From Candidatus Nomurabacteria bacterium (GTDB lineage: Bacteria > Patescibacteriota > Minisyncoccia > Phycocordibacterales > UBA9973): a DNA stretch of 64,000 nt. The DNA lies in NCBI GenBank assembly GCA_021413905.1, contig JAIOPO010000001.1, positions 201,159 to 265,158 of the forward strand, written 5' to 3'. Below, piece by piece: positions 12,686 through 22,134 of the stretch (position 1 is the stretch's first letter; each line of letters opens with the position of its first letter). The translations under genes were made by a program, and so were the position numbers. The notes below the pieces were generated by a model. The model made no database searches, had not been told where the DNA came from, and worked only from the letters and a program-made list of their open reading frames with translations.

Positions 12686-13001
12686 AATATTTATCTTCTT
12701 TTCTTTCGTAATCATCCTTATCGTTATATCCATACTTCTTAATGTTTGTTAGACTTTTTTTTGCATCTTCGGCAATCTCTTTCACATATTTCATTGAAAT
12801 TCTCGCAACAGCAATCATAGACACAACAAAAGAAATGAACATTATTCCTAACATTATCCAAGGAGCAGTATTAAAGCGATTATCCAAATATTTACCCAAA
12901 TAAACAGCAATAATTAATGGTATAGCTATCCAAACTGAAATTCTGGTAAATAAAAATAAAACTGGTCTCCACCATTTTTGACTGTTTTCTTTTTCTTGCA
13001 T
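12672..13001 (-). CDS. AtpZ/AtpI-like small membrane protein preceding the atp operon
   Basis: The 109-aa product has two TM helices. AIPLIIAVYLGKYLDNRFNTAPWIMLGIMFISFVVSM resembles the AtpZ pattern (G..LD.....P.f.l.g...G). Its position immediately upstream of atpB supports the call. Confidence 0.45.
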   Translation of the reverse strand: MQEKENSQKWWRPVLFLFTRISVWIAIPLIIAVYLGKYLDNRFNTAPWIMLGIMFISFVVSMIAVARISMKYVKEIAEDAKKSLTNIKKYGYNDKDDYERKEDKYYGRD

Positions 13002-13189
13002 AATACTATTGCAGTATACAAGAATAAAAAATGTAAATCAACCACAAAAATACATTGAAAAATAAAGCTTTTCCATATGTCAGACATATGGGGGAAAAGT
13101 TTATTTAGAAAAAAACATTAGATAAATTTGAATAATGCAAAGAATCAAAACAAAACCAATCGTAAGATATTCTTTTCTTATATTCATAG

Positions 13190-13261
13190 TGAGTGTGGAT
13201 GGAATCGGACCATCGACCTCTGTCTTATCAGGACAGCGTTCTACCACTGAACTACACACTC
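13190..13261 (-). tRNA. tRNA-Ile (anticodon GAU)
   Basis: The reverse complement is GAGTGTGTAGTTCAGTGGTAGAACGCTGTCCTGATAAGACAGAGGTCGATGGTTCGATTCCATCCACACTCA. The 7-bp acceptor stem is GAGTGTG/CACACTC, the anticodon arm is CTGTC-CTGATAA-GACAG and the T-loop is TTCGATT. CCA is not encoded. Confidence 0.85.
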
Positions 13262-13389
13262 AAATAAATTATTATTTATTAATAAAAATATAACAGAAAA
13301 AAACATTTTAAGCAAACACTTAAACTATTTTCTATTAAAAAACAAAAATCACCCTTTCGAGTGATTTTTGTTTTAAATTTATAGAGAAA

Positions 13390-13734
13390 TTAGTATTCTC
13401 GGCGTCCACCGCGGTTTCCACCACCGTAACCACCATTACCTCCTCCGTATCCGCCTCCTGAACCACCTGTTCTTGGTGGACGAGCTTCCATAGGACGAGC
13501 TTCATTTACTGTAAGCTTACGGCCTTCGAATTCTTGACCATTAAACATAGAGACAGCACTTTGTGCTTCTTCATCTGTTGACATTTCAACGAATCCAAAA
13601 CCTTTTGAGCGACCAGACATTTTGTCCATGATAATCACAGCAGATGTAACATTACCTGCTTGTGCGAAGTGTTCTTTAAGAGCATCTTCTTGTGTACTGT
13701 AAGGTAAACCCCCTACATATAGCTTTGTAGCCAT
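13390..13734 (-). CDS. RRM-domain RNA-binding protein with glycine-rich C-terminal tail
   Basis: The RNP2 motif is LYVGGL and the RNP1 motif is KGFGFVEM. The C-terminus is RPPRTGGSGGGYGGGNGGYGGGNRGGRREY. The start was taken at ATG 13734 (MATKLYVGG) rather than the 13770 start in the ORF track. Confidence 0.8.
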   Translation of the reverse strand: MATKLYVGGLPYSTQEDALKEHFAQAGNVTSAVIIMDKMSGRSKGFGFVEMSTDEEAQSAVSMFNGQEFEGRKLTVNEARPMEARPPRTGGSGGGYGGGNGGYGGGNRGGRREY

Positions 13735-13864
13735 TCTATTATTTCTTCCTTTTTTTACTAAAAAGGACAAAAACTATTTATAATATGTAGATACATTTAC
13801 CTACATTTTAATAATAACATATAAAAATATTTAAAACAATACCATTGTGAATAAATATTAAAAC

Positions 13865-14839
13865 TTAATCTTCATCACTTTCATCCCCTGTTTCACCGGA
13901 GTTTATAGCTTCTATTATTTCATCTATTTCGCCTTCCATTATTTTCGGTAAATTGTGCCAAGATTTTTTAATACGATGATCTGTAACACGATCTTGAGGG
14001 AAATTATATGTGCGAATTTTTTCTGAGCGGTCACCGGTGCCGATTTGGTTTTTTCTATCTCCTGAATATTTCTTTGCTTCTTCCTCTTCTTTTATCTGTT
14101 GCAATTTCGCAGTCAAAATCTGCATCGCTTTTTCACGGTTTCCTAGCTGTGTACGCTCTGAAGTACAACGTACATCTATACCTGTAGGCTTATGAATAAG
14201 ACGCACAGCAGTTTCAACCTTGTTCACATTTTGCCCTCCGGCACCACCAGAACGAGAATACTCCATATCGAGATCAGCAGGATTTATTTCAAATAATACT
14301 TTTTTGCGAATAGGTAAAATAGCCACAGACGCAGTAGATGTATGAACACGGCCGTTCTTCTCTGTACTTGGAATTCTTTGCACACGATGCACTCCTGTCT
14401 CATAACGAAGCATTTCATAGATTCCTTTTCCTTTTATTTCAAAACTTGCTTCTTTGTATCCACCAACGTCACTTTTAGATTCATAGTTTGTTTTCCAATC
14501 AAATTTTTTCCCTTCACAGAAAATCTCATACATATGTGCGAGCCTCCATGCAAAAAGAGAAGCTTCATCTCCTCCTGCACCAGCACGAACTTCGAGTACT
14601 ATTTCATTCACGAATTCTTCTTCTATTTTTTCTTTATCTAAAATATCTTGAATTTGTTTTTCTGTAGACTCTCTTTGTTCTTGGATTGATTTCAATTCTA
14701 CAGAAGCCATCTCATGTAGAGATTCATCACCATCCAACATCTCTCTAACTTCAGTTTCTTCTTTATTTAAACGTTCTAAAACACTCGCCAAATAGCTAGT
14801 CTTGTGATTTTTCTTTAGTTCGTCTAGATCTAGTTCCAT
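13865..14839 (-). CDS. prfA: Peptide chain release factor 1
   Basis: The GGQ motif ([18 protein letters not shown]) is present. The tripeptide anticodon is PST in [17 protein letters not shown], which is the RF1-type PxT motif rather than the RF2 SPF motif. The product is 324 aa and has an acidic C-terminal tail. Confidence 0.8.
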   Translation of the reverse strand: MELDLDELKKNHKTSYLASVLERLNKEETEVREMLDGDESLHEMASVELKSIQEQRESTEKQIQDILDKEKIEEEFVNEIVLEVRAGAGGDEASLFAWRLAHMYEIFCEGKKFDWKTNYESKSDVGGYKEASFEIKGKGIYEMLRYETGVHRVQRIPSTEKNGRVHTSTASVAILPIRKKVLFEINPADLDMEYSRSGGAGGQNVNKVETAVRLIHKPTGIDVRCTSERTQLGNREKAMQILTAKLQQIKEEEEAKKYSGDRKNQIGTGDRSEKIRTYNFPQDRVTDHRIKKSWHNLPKIMEGEIDEIIEAINSGETGDESDED

Positions 14840-14891
14840 AAAAAATAATTGCGAACTATGCTTGTGTGGAGACTTGCGAGCGCGACTGGCG

Positions 14892-14929
14892 CGAGCACGA
14901 GGAATTTTTTAGCAAAAAAAATCCGTGCT
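14892..14929. promoter_or_regulatory. Conserved intergenic hairpin element, copy 2 (between rpmE and prfA)
   Basis: GAGCACG-AGGAATTTTTT-AGC-AAAAAAAATCC-GTGCTC shares the same A/T stem and AGC loop core as copy 1, plus an outer 7-bp GC stem (gagcacg/cgtgctc). It is nested in a longer imperfect inverted repeat, atgcttgtgtggag...ctccacaggagcat (14859-14940). Confidence 0.4.
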
Positions 14930-14954
14930 CCACAGGAGCATGTTCGCAATAATG

Positions 14955-15176
14955 TTACTTCTTAGCTTTTACAGGAGCTGCAGCACGGCGCTTGTTAAAG
15001 CGGTCTACACGTCCAGCAGTATCCATTATCTTTTCGTTTCCAGTGTAAAAAGGATGACATTGACTACAGATTTCAACAGTAATATCTTTCAAAGTTGAGC
15101 CAACTTCAAAAACCGCTCCGCAAGCGCAAGTAGCCTTTGTTTTTATATCATATTTTGGGTGTATATCTTTTTTCAT
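14955..15176 (-). CDS. rpmE: 50S ribosomal protein L31
   Basis: The N-terminus is MKKDIHPKY. The zinc ribbon is the four-Cys arrangement CxC...CxxC (CACG...[10 protein letters not shown]). The product is 73 aa. Confidence 0.9.
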   Translation of the reverse strand: MKKDIHPKYDIKTKATCACGAVFEVGSTLKDITVEICSQCHPFYTGNEKIMDTAGRVDRFNKRRAAAPVKAKK

Positions 15177-15205
15177 AACTTTTTTATCTTATCATATTAT
15201 TAAAT

Positions 15206-15964
15206 TTAAGGCAAATCAGGCACTCTTTTCTCTGAAAAAGGGTTTGGATTATTCACCACTTCTTGCGAAGTTAATTCATAAATATGGTCAGCGGAATTTT
15301 TAAACTTTGCCCAACCACCACGAGCGCCAAGATAACCCGCAGATTTTACGGCACTGCGAACAGTTTCATTTTGCATATAATTCGGATATGCAAGAGTAGT
15401 AACTTTAATGCCGAGTTTATCTTCCAAAGTTTTTTTACTACCTTCTACTTCCTTTTTTAATTTAACAGCATCTAATTTTGTAAGCATTGGATGAGTTTCG
15501 GTATGAGAAGCAATTTCAAAACCTTTTGTCGTTAAGTCTTTCAAATTATCCCAATTCATATATGAACCATTTGTATTTTTTGAAATAATAAAAAAAGTTC
15601 CTGTGAAATGATATTTTTCTAAAATAGGCACTGCATAAGTATATTGTGTTTTCCAACCATCATCAAAAGTCAGTATCACTGCTTTTTCAGGCAATTCTGT
15701 ATTATTTTTTAGACTGTTTATATATGAATAAAAAGTAATTGGATGATAACCATTATCAGATAAATATTTCATTTGTTGTTCAAAAACTTTTTCAGTAACA
15801 CGATAATGTTTTTGCATAGCTGATTCTTTTTTAGAATGCGCAGGTCCAAATGAATGATATACAAGTATCGGAACATTATAAGGTTTTTTTATTTCTTTTG
15901 CAGACGCATTTAAAAAAGAAAAACAAAAAATAAATATTATTAAAAAGTAAAATGTTTTATTCAT
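15206..15964 (-). CDS. Secreted polysaccharide deacetylase (NodB/CE4 family)
   Basis: There is a signal peptide (MNKTFYFLIIFIFCFSFLNASA). ILTFDDGW carries the DD and W of NodB motif 1, and the His motif is HTETHP. The product is 252 aa. Confidence 0.8.
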   Translation of the reverse strand: MNKTFYFLIIFIFCFSFLNASAKEIKKPYNVPILVYHSFGPAHSKKESAMQKHYRVTEKVFEQQMKYLSDNGYHPITFYSYINSLKNNTELPEKAVILTFDDGWKTQYTYAVPILEKYHFTGTFFIISKNTNGSYMNWDNLKDLTTKGFEIASHTETHPMLTKLDAVKLKKEVEGSKKTLEDKLGIKVTTLAYPNYMQNETVRSAVKSAGYLGARGGWAKFKNSADHIYELTSQEVVNNPNPFSEKRVPDLP

Positions 15965-15972
15965 AATTTTAA

Positions 15973-17343
15973 TTATTGTGTTGATAAGAAATCTATGTTT
16001 GTTTGTATATCTGTGGCTTTTTTCATAACACTTACGCCATACGGTGTGGTAACACTAGTACAAGATTTGCCTCCGCCATAATACCTACAAGCTGCTGTCT
16101 TTTCACTGGTATATGTGCCAGCATCAGCACCCAAATCTGCCAAGAAAACAGCGGAAGCCATAAATGCATCACGAGGTTCCCATGGATCTGGATTTGCAAC
16201 ATCTAAATATCTGGCGATTTTACTTTCAAGTCCGCTCCAAGTACTGGCAATGAATTGTGCAGGACCCATCGCTCCACCATAACCATATCCGCCAATAGGA
16301 CATGACACGAGAGTTTTATATGGATCACGCCCCAAGTCTTTTGTAATAGAAATAAATGGTGGTATGTCACGAGTTGGGTGCATAACATTTTTAAATATTT
16401 TTCCACTCTTTGAAGAAGCTCCTTCGCCTGTATCAAAATTGGTTAAATAACAAGAACCTTGATCTGTTCCCAGGTTACTCTCTTGTGTAAGTATAGCTAA
16501 AATAAATGCTGGGCGAACACCTGTCTTTTGTGAAGCTAAATTTGCATAATTCAACGCTGTACCGAAAGGAATTGCTTTTGTATCACGCAATTGGAAAAGA
16601 GCGGCGCGAATCTTGTCTGCTCTAACTTTTTTCTCAGCAGCCAACTTAGCATATTCGGATTCTTTTTGTTTTGAAATAGACAAAAGTTGCTTCTTTTCTG
16701 TTTCAGATTGCGCAACTTTCTTTTGAGCAGTTTCTAATTCTACTTTTGCATTTGTTTCAGCATCTTGTTTTGTTTGTAAATCTTTCTTCTGAACTTCAGT
16801 TTCAACCTTTACTCCAGTGATCAACTCAACTGATTTTTTTATTGCTTTTTTTATTGAAACATACGATTCTAAATCTGAATAAAAACTAGACATATTTTTA
16901 TCCGACAAAACTAAATGTACTAAATTTTCATTATCAAATTCATTTGTGTTGCGTAAAAGTTGAGCCAATGATTCATGTTCTCTGTCTATTTTGTCTGATA
17001 AAGCTACTATCTTTGTAGTTTTTTCTTTAATTGAAACTTTTAATTGAGCGATAACCAAAGCCCGCGCTTTTATTTTTGTTTTTAAAGCATTGATTTGACT
17101 GGTTAAATAATCAACATCGCCTTTTAGTGTACCAGTTTGTTTTTTTTGTTCATCTTGTTTTTTTAACAAGTCAGCAAGCTGTGCTTCTATTTGACTAAGT
17201 TCATTCCTACAAAAATCTTTATCGGATTGATTTGAAGAAGATGTCAAAGTGAGACAGTCAAAATCCGCAGATACTTTTTGTCCGGTAAAATAAAAACTTA
17301 TTAAAAATAATAAAATAAAAACTATGACTTTTTTGGATGTCAT
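15973..17343 (-). CDS. Secreted coiled-coil protein with C-terminal MltB-like lytic transglycosylase domain
   Basis: The start was chosen at ATG 17343 (MTSKKVIVFILLFLISFYFTG, a signal peptide); the longer ORF-track start would overlap rplY. A long Q/K/E-rich coiled coil is followed by ILTQESNLG and MGPAQFIASTW, which match the family-3 lytic transglycosylase ES catalytic motif and the QFMPSTW box. Confidence 0.6.
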   Translation of the reverse strand: MTSKKVIVFILLFLISFYFTGQKVSADFDCLTLTSSSNQSDKDFCRNELSQIEAQLADLLKKQDEQKKQTGTLKGDVDYLTSQINALKTKIKARALVIAQLKVSIKEKTTKIVALSDKIDREHESLAQLLRNTNEFDNENLVHLVLSDKNMSSFYSDLESYVSIKKAIKKSVELITGVKVETEVQKKDLQTKQDAETNAKVELETAQKKVAQSETEKKQLLSISKQKESEYAKLAAEKKVRADKIRAALFQLRDTKAIPFGTALNYANLASQKTGVRPAFILAILTQESNLGTDQGSCYLTNFDTGEGASSKSGKIFKNVMHPTRDIPPFISITKDLGRDPYKTLVSCPIGGYGYGGAMGPAQFIASTWSGLESKIARYLDVANPDPWEPRDAFMASAVFLADLGADAGTYTSEKTAACRYYGGGKSCTSVTTPYGVSVMKKATDIQTNIDFLSTQ

Positions 17344-17374
17344 AGTTTTTATTATAGCACAAATTTTTTTATTT

Positions 17375-18013
17375 TTATTCAGTAGCTGGAGCTTCTTCTT
17401 CTTTCTTACCTTTCTTTTCAACTTCAATTTTTGACAAGTCGATAGGCTCATTTGTAGTTTCTTTTTCTTCTTTTTGTTCAGCGATAGAAGCCACAACTTC
17501 ATTGTTTTTTGTAACCATTGTTACACCAGAAGGCAATGAAATATCAGAAACTAATACTTGACTGTGTAATTCTGCCAATTTTGATATATCAACAACCAAA
17601 TCATGAGGTAAGTCTTTTGGTAAAGCTTCTACTTCAACTTCATGAAGAACTTTTACCAAAGTACCAGAACCTCCTTTCACCGCTGGAGATACACCTTCAA
17701 AAACAAGAGGAATACTGACTTTTATTTTCTTATTTTTATCAACAACCAAGAAATCAACATGTATAGGTTCGTCTGTAATAGGATGAGTCTGAACTTCATG
17801 TATTAAAACATCAACATCACCAGAAGGAGTAGACAAAACAACAGTAGAAGATTCTCCAGCTTTTTGCCAAACTTTCTTAAATTCAACCTTAGAAACAGAA
17901 ATAGAAATAGTATCCTTACCAAGACCATAAAAAACAGCTGGTAATTCTGTACCCTTTCTCATTTCAGCCAAATTCTCGTTGGCGTCTCGATTTTTCGCAA
18001 TTAATTTAAACAT
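17375..18013 (-). CDS. rplY: 50S ribosomal protein L25 / general stress protein Ctc form
   Basis: The product is 212 aa with an L25 N-domain (RKGTELPAVFYG...HPITDEPIHVDFL) and a Ctc-type C-terminal extension. Confidence 0.85.
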   Translation of the reverse strand: MFKLIAKNRDANENLAEMRKGTELPAVFYGLGKDTISISVSKVEFKKVWQKAGESSTVVLSTPSGDVDVLIHEVQTHPITDEPIHVDFLVVDKNKKIKVSIPLVFEGVSPAVKGGSGTLVKVLHEVEVEALPKDLPHDLVVDISKLAELHSQVLVSDISLPSGVTMVTKNNEVVASIAEQKEEKETTNEPIDLSKIEVEKKGKKEEEAPATE

Positions 18014-18048
18014 TTCAATATTATATACAAATTTATAAAAAATGCAAC

Positions 18049-19764
18049 TTATTGAGTTATGTGCTTTTCAACATATTCCTTGGTACCAATCTGACCCTTT
18101 AATAAAGGGACTTTTTTGCCGGGATTAAAGATATATTTTGGATCAAAGATTTCTTTTGTTTGTTTAAATAATTCCAATATTTTAGAATTATACATTTTAT
18201 TCAAAAATGGAGTACGGATAATACCATCATTATGTTCAGCAGTAATAGACCCACCTAAACTAGAAACCAAATCATAAACTTTTTCTGAAACATCCATAAC
18301 AATACTTTTGGTCATTGAGTCTTTTGTATCAAGTAATGTATAAATATGCATATTACCATCTCCAGCGTGACCGCCTACAGCAAAAGTCATTTTGTTTTTA
18401 TATTCACCCAATATTTTATAAAGAGATGGTAAAAATTCTGGTAAATACTCGGGACGAACTATGACATCATCTATAAATGCCTCAGACTTTTGTTTTTTCA
18501 GATGATAACGAATAAGATTAAAAGCTTCATGACGAATAGTCCAATATTTCTTTGCTTCAAATTCGTTCTTTGCCAAATGAACTCCGATTTTTTTTATATT
18601 TTTCAATTCAGTCAAAATATTATTTGTGTTTTTATTAGTTTCTTCTATTGTGTCACCTGTAAACTCTACAAGCATTATGAGTCGAGGGAAACCGTGACGC
18701 AAAGTCATCTTCGTTTCCGGACCAAAACTAAGTACAAGTTTAAAAAAGTTTTTAAATCCAAGTAATTTTATAAAACTATAAATATATTTTAAAACAAGCA
18801 AAAAAGTTTTGTCATCGTATGTTTCAATAGTCTGTGGATCATATTTTAAAATTTTATTAACTAAGTCTGGTAAAATACTAATATCTCGCAGAAAAATCAC
18901 GACTAAATTTGTATAAGGTTTTGGTTTCACTAATCTAAAAGTTATTTCTGTCACTATACCAAGTGTCCCCTGTGAACCAACGAGCAATTTATTTAAATCA
19001 AAATTATTTTCCTTTACTAGATTCCACAAATAATATCCTGCAGAATTTTTGTGTACATTTGGTTTTGCCTTTTTTATTTCTTCTTCATTATTTTTTAAAA
19101 TTTCATAAACTTTTTTAGAATATTCATCTTGTGTTGAAATTTCAGAAATAGGAACAGATTTTATAATTCTCTCTACTCCATCTGCAAAAACAATTTTTGC
19201 TTCTATTACATAGTCTTCAGTCTTTCCATATTGCAAAGTTCTTTCTCCTGCAGAATTATTGCCATACATACCACCCATGGCATTTAAACTTTTAGATGCA
19301 GTATAACAAGGCAAAATAAAACCTTTTTCTAAAGTTATTTTTTCAAAATCTCTGTAAAACATGCCGGGTTGAACGGTTATTAAAGCTTCGCCTATGTGCT
19401 TTTGCGAATGGTCTGGTTGAGACGAAGGCGACCCGAGGACCTGAGTAAAAGTACTAGGCGAAGCGGAAAAATTAATCAACTTATTCATATACTTAGTAAA
19501 ATCCAAAATTATAGATTCACCGATAGCACCTCCTGACATATCTGTGCCGGCACAACGAGGAGTTATAGATAAGTCTGGATATTTTTCTTTATTTTCACTT
19601 ACCCATTTCACTAAATTTTGCACATCTTCTGAATCTTTTGGAAAACAAACTACTTGCGGTCGCACTGTAAAAATACTCGCATCATGAGAATATTTCGAAA
19701 GCACTTCATCGTTATTCTCGATTTCTCCTTTGAAAATTTTTTGTAACTCGGATTTTAAATCCAT
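18049..19764 (-). CDS. FAD-linked oxidase (GlcD / D-lactate dehydrogenase family)
   Basis: The FAD-binding PCMH-type motif is PRCAGTDMSGGAIGESIILDF. The C-terminal FAVGGHAGDGNMHIYTLLD is typical of FAD-linked oxidase C-domains. The product is 571 aa. Confidence 0.75.
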   Translation of the reverse strand: MDLKSELQKIFKGEIENNDEVLSKYSHDASIFTVRPQVVCFPKDSEDVQNLVKWVSENKEKYPDLSITPRCAGTDMSGGAIGESIILDFTKYMNKLINFSASPSTFTQVLGSPSSQPDHSQKHIGEALITVQPGMFYRDFEKITLEKGFILPCYTASKSLNAMGGMYGNNSAGERTLQYGKTEDYVIEAKIVFADGVERIIKSVPISEISTQDEYSKKVYEILKNNEEEIKKAKPNVHKNSAGYYLWNLVKENNFDLNKLLVGSQGTLGIVTEITFRLVKPKPYTNLVVIFLRDISILPDLVNKILKYDPQTIETYDDKTFLLVLKYIYSFIKLLGFKNFFKLVLSFGPETKMTLRHGFPRLIMLVEFTGDTIEETNKNTNNILTELKNIKKIGVHLAKNEFEAKKYWTIRHEAFNLIRYHLKKQKSEAFIDDVIVRPEYLPEFLPSLYKILGEYKNKMTFAVGGHAGDGNMHIYTLLDTKDSMTKSIVMDVSEKVYDLVSSLGGSITAEHNDGIIRTPFLNKMYNSKILELFKQTKEIFDPKYIFNPGKKVPLLKGQIGTKEYVEKHITQ

Positions 19765-20630
19765 TAATTTATTCCATTAAAAAGTTTTAATCTTGCTTCA
19801 ACGACTTTTTCAATAGCATCCACTGCCGGCTGTAAAATCTTTGCCGGAGTTATTTCGGAAGGATTATCTTTCAAGGCCTGCTCGAGGGCTTCTCTGTATG
19901 CCAAACGAATTTCACTATTTATATGCACAATTGAAACACCTGCTTTGATAGCATTTGTAAAATCTTCATTACGAAGCCCTGAACCGCCATGAAGCACTAG
20001 TGGTATACCTGTCGCTTTTTTAATTTCTGCCACGAGCAGAGCATCAATGTGAGGCTTGCCAGTTTTTATAAGTCCATGAATACTGCCCACGGACGGAGCA
20101 AATAGATCAATACCTGTCATTTCCACGAATTTCTTTGCATCTTCGGGCTTGGTTAGAACTCCTGCGCCTTCTGGTATTTCATCGCGAATCACAGAACCAG
20201 AACCGATAAAACCGAGCTCAGCTTCTACTAAAATATCTCGTCCTGTATTTTTTGAAATTTCACGAGCATAATCCACACATTGTTTTGTTACTTTTGCATT
20301 TTCTTCAAAAGATAATTTTGCATTATCTATTATCACCATATCGAAACCCTCATCAATGCAAGCTTTCACAGATTCAAAACTCGCATGATGATCTGCATTT
20401 AAAAATATCGGATAACTATCCTTTTCACGCAAAGTTTTTACGAGCGTTGCTACTTCTTCAAGTCCGGCAAATTTTTCTTCTCCTTCTGATACACCAATAA
20501 TTACCGGTAAATTTAATTTCTTCGCCGCATTATAAATACCATGCAAAGCTTCTAAATTTGAAATATTAAAATGCCCAATCGCAACGTGCTTTTCCTCTGC
20601 TTCTTTTATACACTCTCGTAAAGTTTTCAT
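19764..20630 (-). CDS. fba: Class II fructose/tagatose-bisphosphate aldolase
   Basis: The sequence is HFNISNLEALHGIYNAAKKLNLPVIIGVSEGE...LVLHGGSG. The product is 288 aa. The stop overlaps the start of the downstream gene (TAATG). Confidence 0.85.
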   Translation of the reverse strand: MKTLRECIKEAEEKHVAIGHFNISNLEALHGIYNAAKKLNLPVIIGVSEGEEKFAGLEEVATLVKTLREKDSYPIFLNADHHASFESVKACIDEGFDMVIIDNAKLSFEENAKVTKQCVDYAREISKNTGRDILVEAELGFIGSGSVIRDEIPEGAGVLTKPEDAKKFVEMTGIDLFAPSVGSIHGLIKTGKPHIDALLVAEIKKATGIPLVLHGGSGLRNEDFTNAIKAGVSIVHINSEIRLAYREALEQALKDNPSEITPAKILQPAVDAIEKVVEARLKLFNGIN

Positions 20631-20637
20631 GATTAAA

Positions 20638-22113
20638 TTATAACATCTCTTTCAAAAGTTTTATAACTACCTGAGGATTTGCAGAACCTTTTGATTCTTT
20701 AATTATTTTACCAACCAAAGACATAATCGCATTTTCTTTACCTCCTTTATAAATAGCTACGACTTCAGGATTTTCATCAATCACTTTTTGAACAATTATT
20801 TTCAATTCACCCTCATCATTCTTTTGTAATAAATCTTTTTCGGTGGCGATTTTTAGCGGGCTCTCGTCGTTTAAAACAATCATTGCCAAAATATCTTTCG
20901 CGGCACGAGAAGAAATTTTATTTTCAAAAACTAAATTAATAAGTTCAGCAAAATTATTTTCACTTGGAAGTTTAGCATTTGGGTTAGATTTTTTTATACC
21001 TAGATAATCTGAAGTTATATAGTTTGATGCGGTTTTTATTTTCTCTTTATCGCTCAAAATTTTTGCCACACATTCAAACCATTTACCCAATTCCAGATCA
21101 TTTATATAAACTTCAATATCCTCATCTTTTATTCCGTAATCATTTTTATATCTTGCGCGTTTTTGAATAGGGGTTTCCGGCAATTCTTTTTTAATTTTTT
21201 CCAAATCAAAAGATTCATGGAGTTTCATTTTTGGTAAATCCGGATCCGGAAAATATCTGTAGTCTTGGCTACTTTCTTTTTTTCTCTGAGAAATAGTTTT
21301 TTGTTTATTTTCATCCCAACCGCGAGTCTCTTTTACTATTTCACCTTCCTTGCCTTCTTCAAAAAGTTCTATCATTCTATCCACTTCATATTTTATAGCC
21401 TTCTCAACGCTCTTAAATGAATTCAAATTTTTCACTTCCACATACGCAGTCCATTTTTTATCTTTATCTGGAGATACGGAAACATTCGCCTCTACACGCA
21501 TCTCGCCTTTTTCCATATTCGCTTCCGAAGCTCCCAAATACCAAAGCAACAACTGATATTCTTTTGCAAAATTACTCGCAGTTTTTGACGCATCTTCAGG
21601 ATTCTCAAATGTATGCGCTTCTGTCACGAGCTCCATCAACGGCACTCCCGCGCGATTGAAATCTACAAGGGAATATCCGCCCCCGATGTCGGACATATGG
21701 GAACCATTTGTCCGAGCATCGGGAGCATTATGATGCTTCGAAGTCCCCGTATCTTCTTCCAAATGTATCCTAGTTATATCCATATCCGCCAACTTTCCGC
21801 CGGAAACTATTGGATATTTATATTGTGAAATTTGATAGCCTTTTGGTATGTCCGGATAAAAATAATTCTTTCTATCGAATTCTGAAAAGTCCGCAATATT
21901 TGCATCGAGCGCCAACCCGACTTTGATAACATTCTCAATAGCCTTTTTATTCGCCACAGGCAAAGTCCCCGGATGCGCCATACAAACCGGACAAATATTC
22001 ACATTTGGCATATCCACATCAGGGTCATTCTTGCAAGAGCAAAACATCTTTGTCTTTGTGCTCAATTCTGCATGAATTTCCAGTCCTATTGTCGTGTAAT
22101 ACTTTTTTGACAT
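20638..22113 (-). CDS. gatB: Asp-tRNA(Asn)/Glu-tRNA(Gln) amidotransferase subunit B
   Basis: The N-terminus is YTTIGLEIHAELSTKTKMFCSC...CPVCMAHPGTLP. The product is 491 aa with a C-terminal YqeY-like domain. Confidence 0.9.
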   Translation of the reverse strand: MSKKYYTTIGLEIHAELSTKTKMFCSCKNDPDVDMPNVNICPVCMAHPGTLPVANKKAIENVIKVGLALDANIADFSEFDRKNYFYPDIPKGYQISQYKYPIVSGGKLADMDITRIHLEEDTGTSKHHNAPDARTNGSHMSDIGGGYSLVDFNRAGVPLMELVTEAHTFENPEDASKTASNFAKEYQLLLWYLGASEANMEKGEMRVEANVSVSPDKDKKWTAYVEVKNLNSFKSVEKAIKYEVDRMIELFEEGKEGEIVKETRGWDENKQKTISQRKKESSQDYRYFPDPDLPKMKLHESFDLEKIKKELPETPIQKRARYKNDYGIKDEDIEVYINDLELGKWFECVAKILSDKEKIKTASNYITSDYLGIKKSNPNAKLPSENNFAELINLVFENKISSRAAKDILAMIVLNDESPLKIATEKDLLQKNDEGELKIIVQKVIDENPEVVAIYKGGKENAIMSLVGKIIKESKGSANPQVVIKLLKEML

Positions 22114-22134
22114 AATTTTAATTATACTATATTT

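Noticed and set aside
17344-17502. The long K-rich N-terminal extension (MKLWLLSLNKKKKKK...) of the lytic transglycosylase ORF.
   Set aside because: It would overlap the rplY coding sequence by more than 120 nt. The internal ATG at 17343 gives a proper signal peptide.
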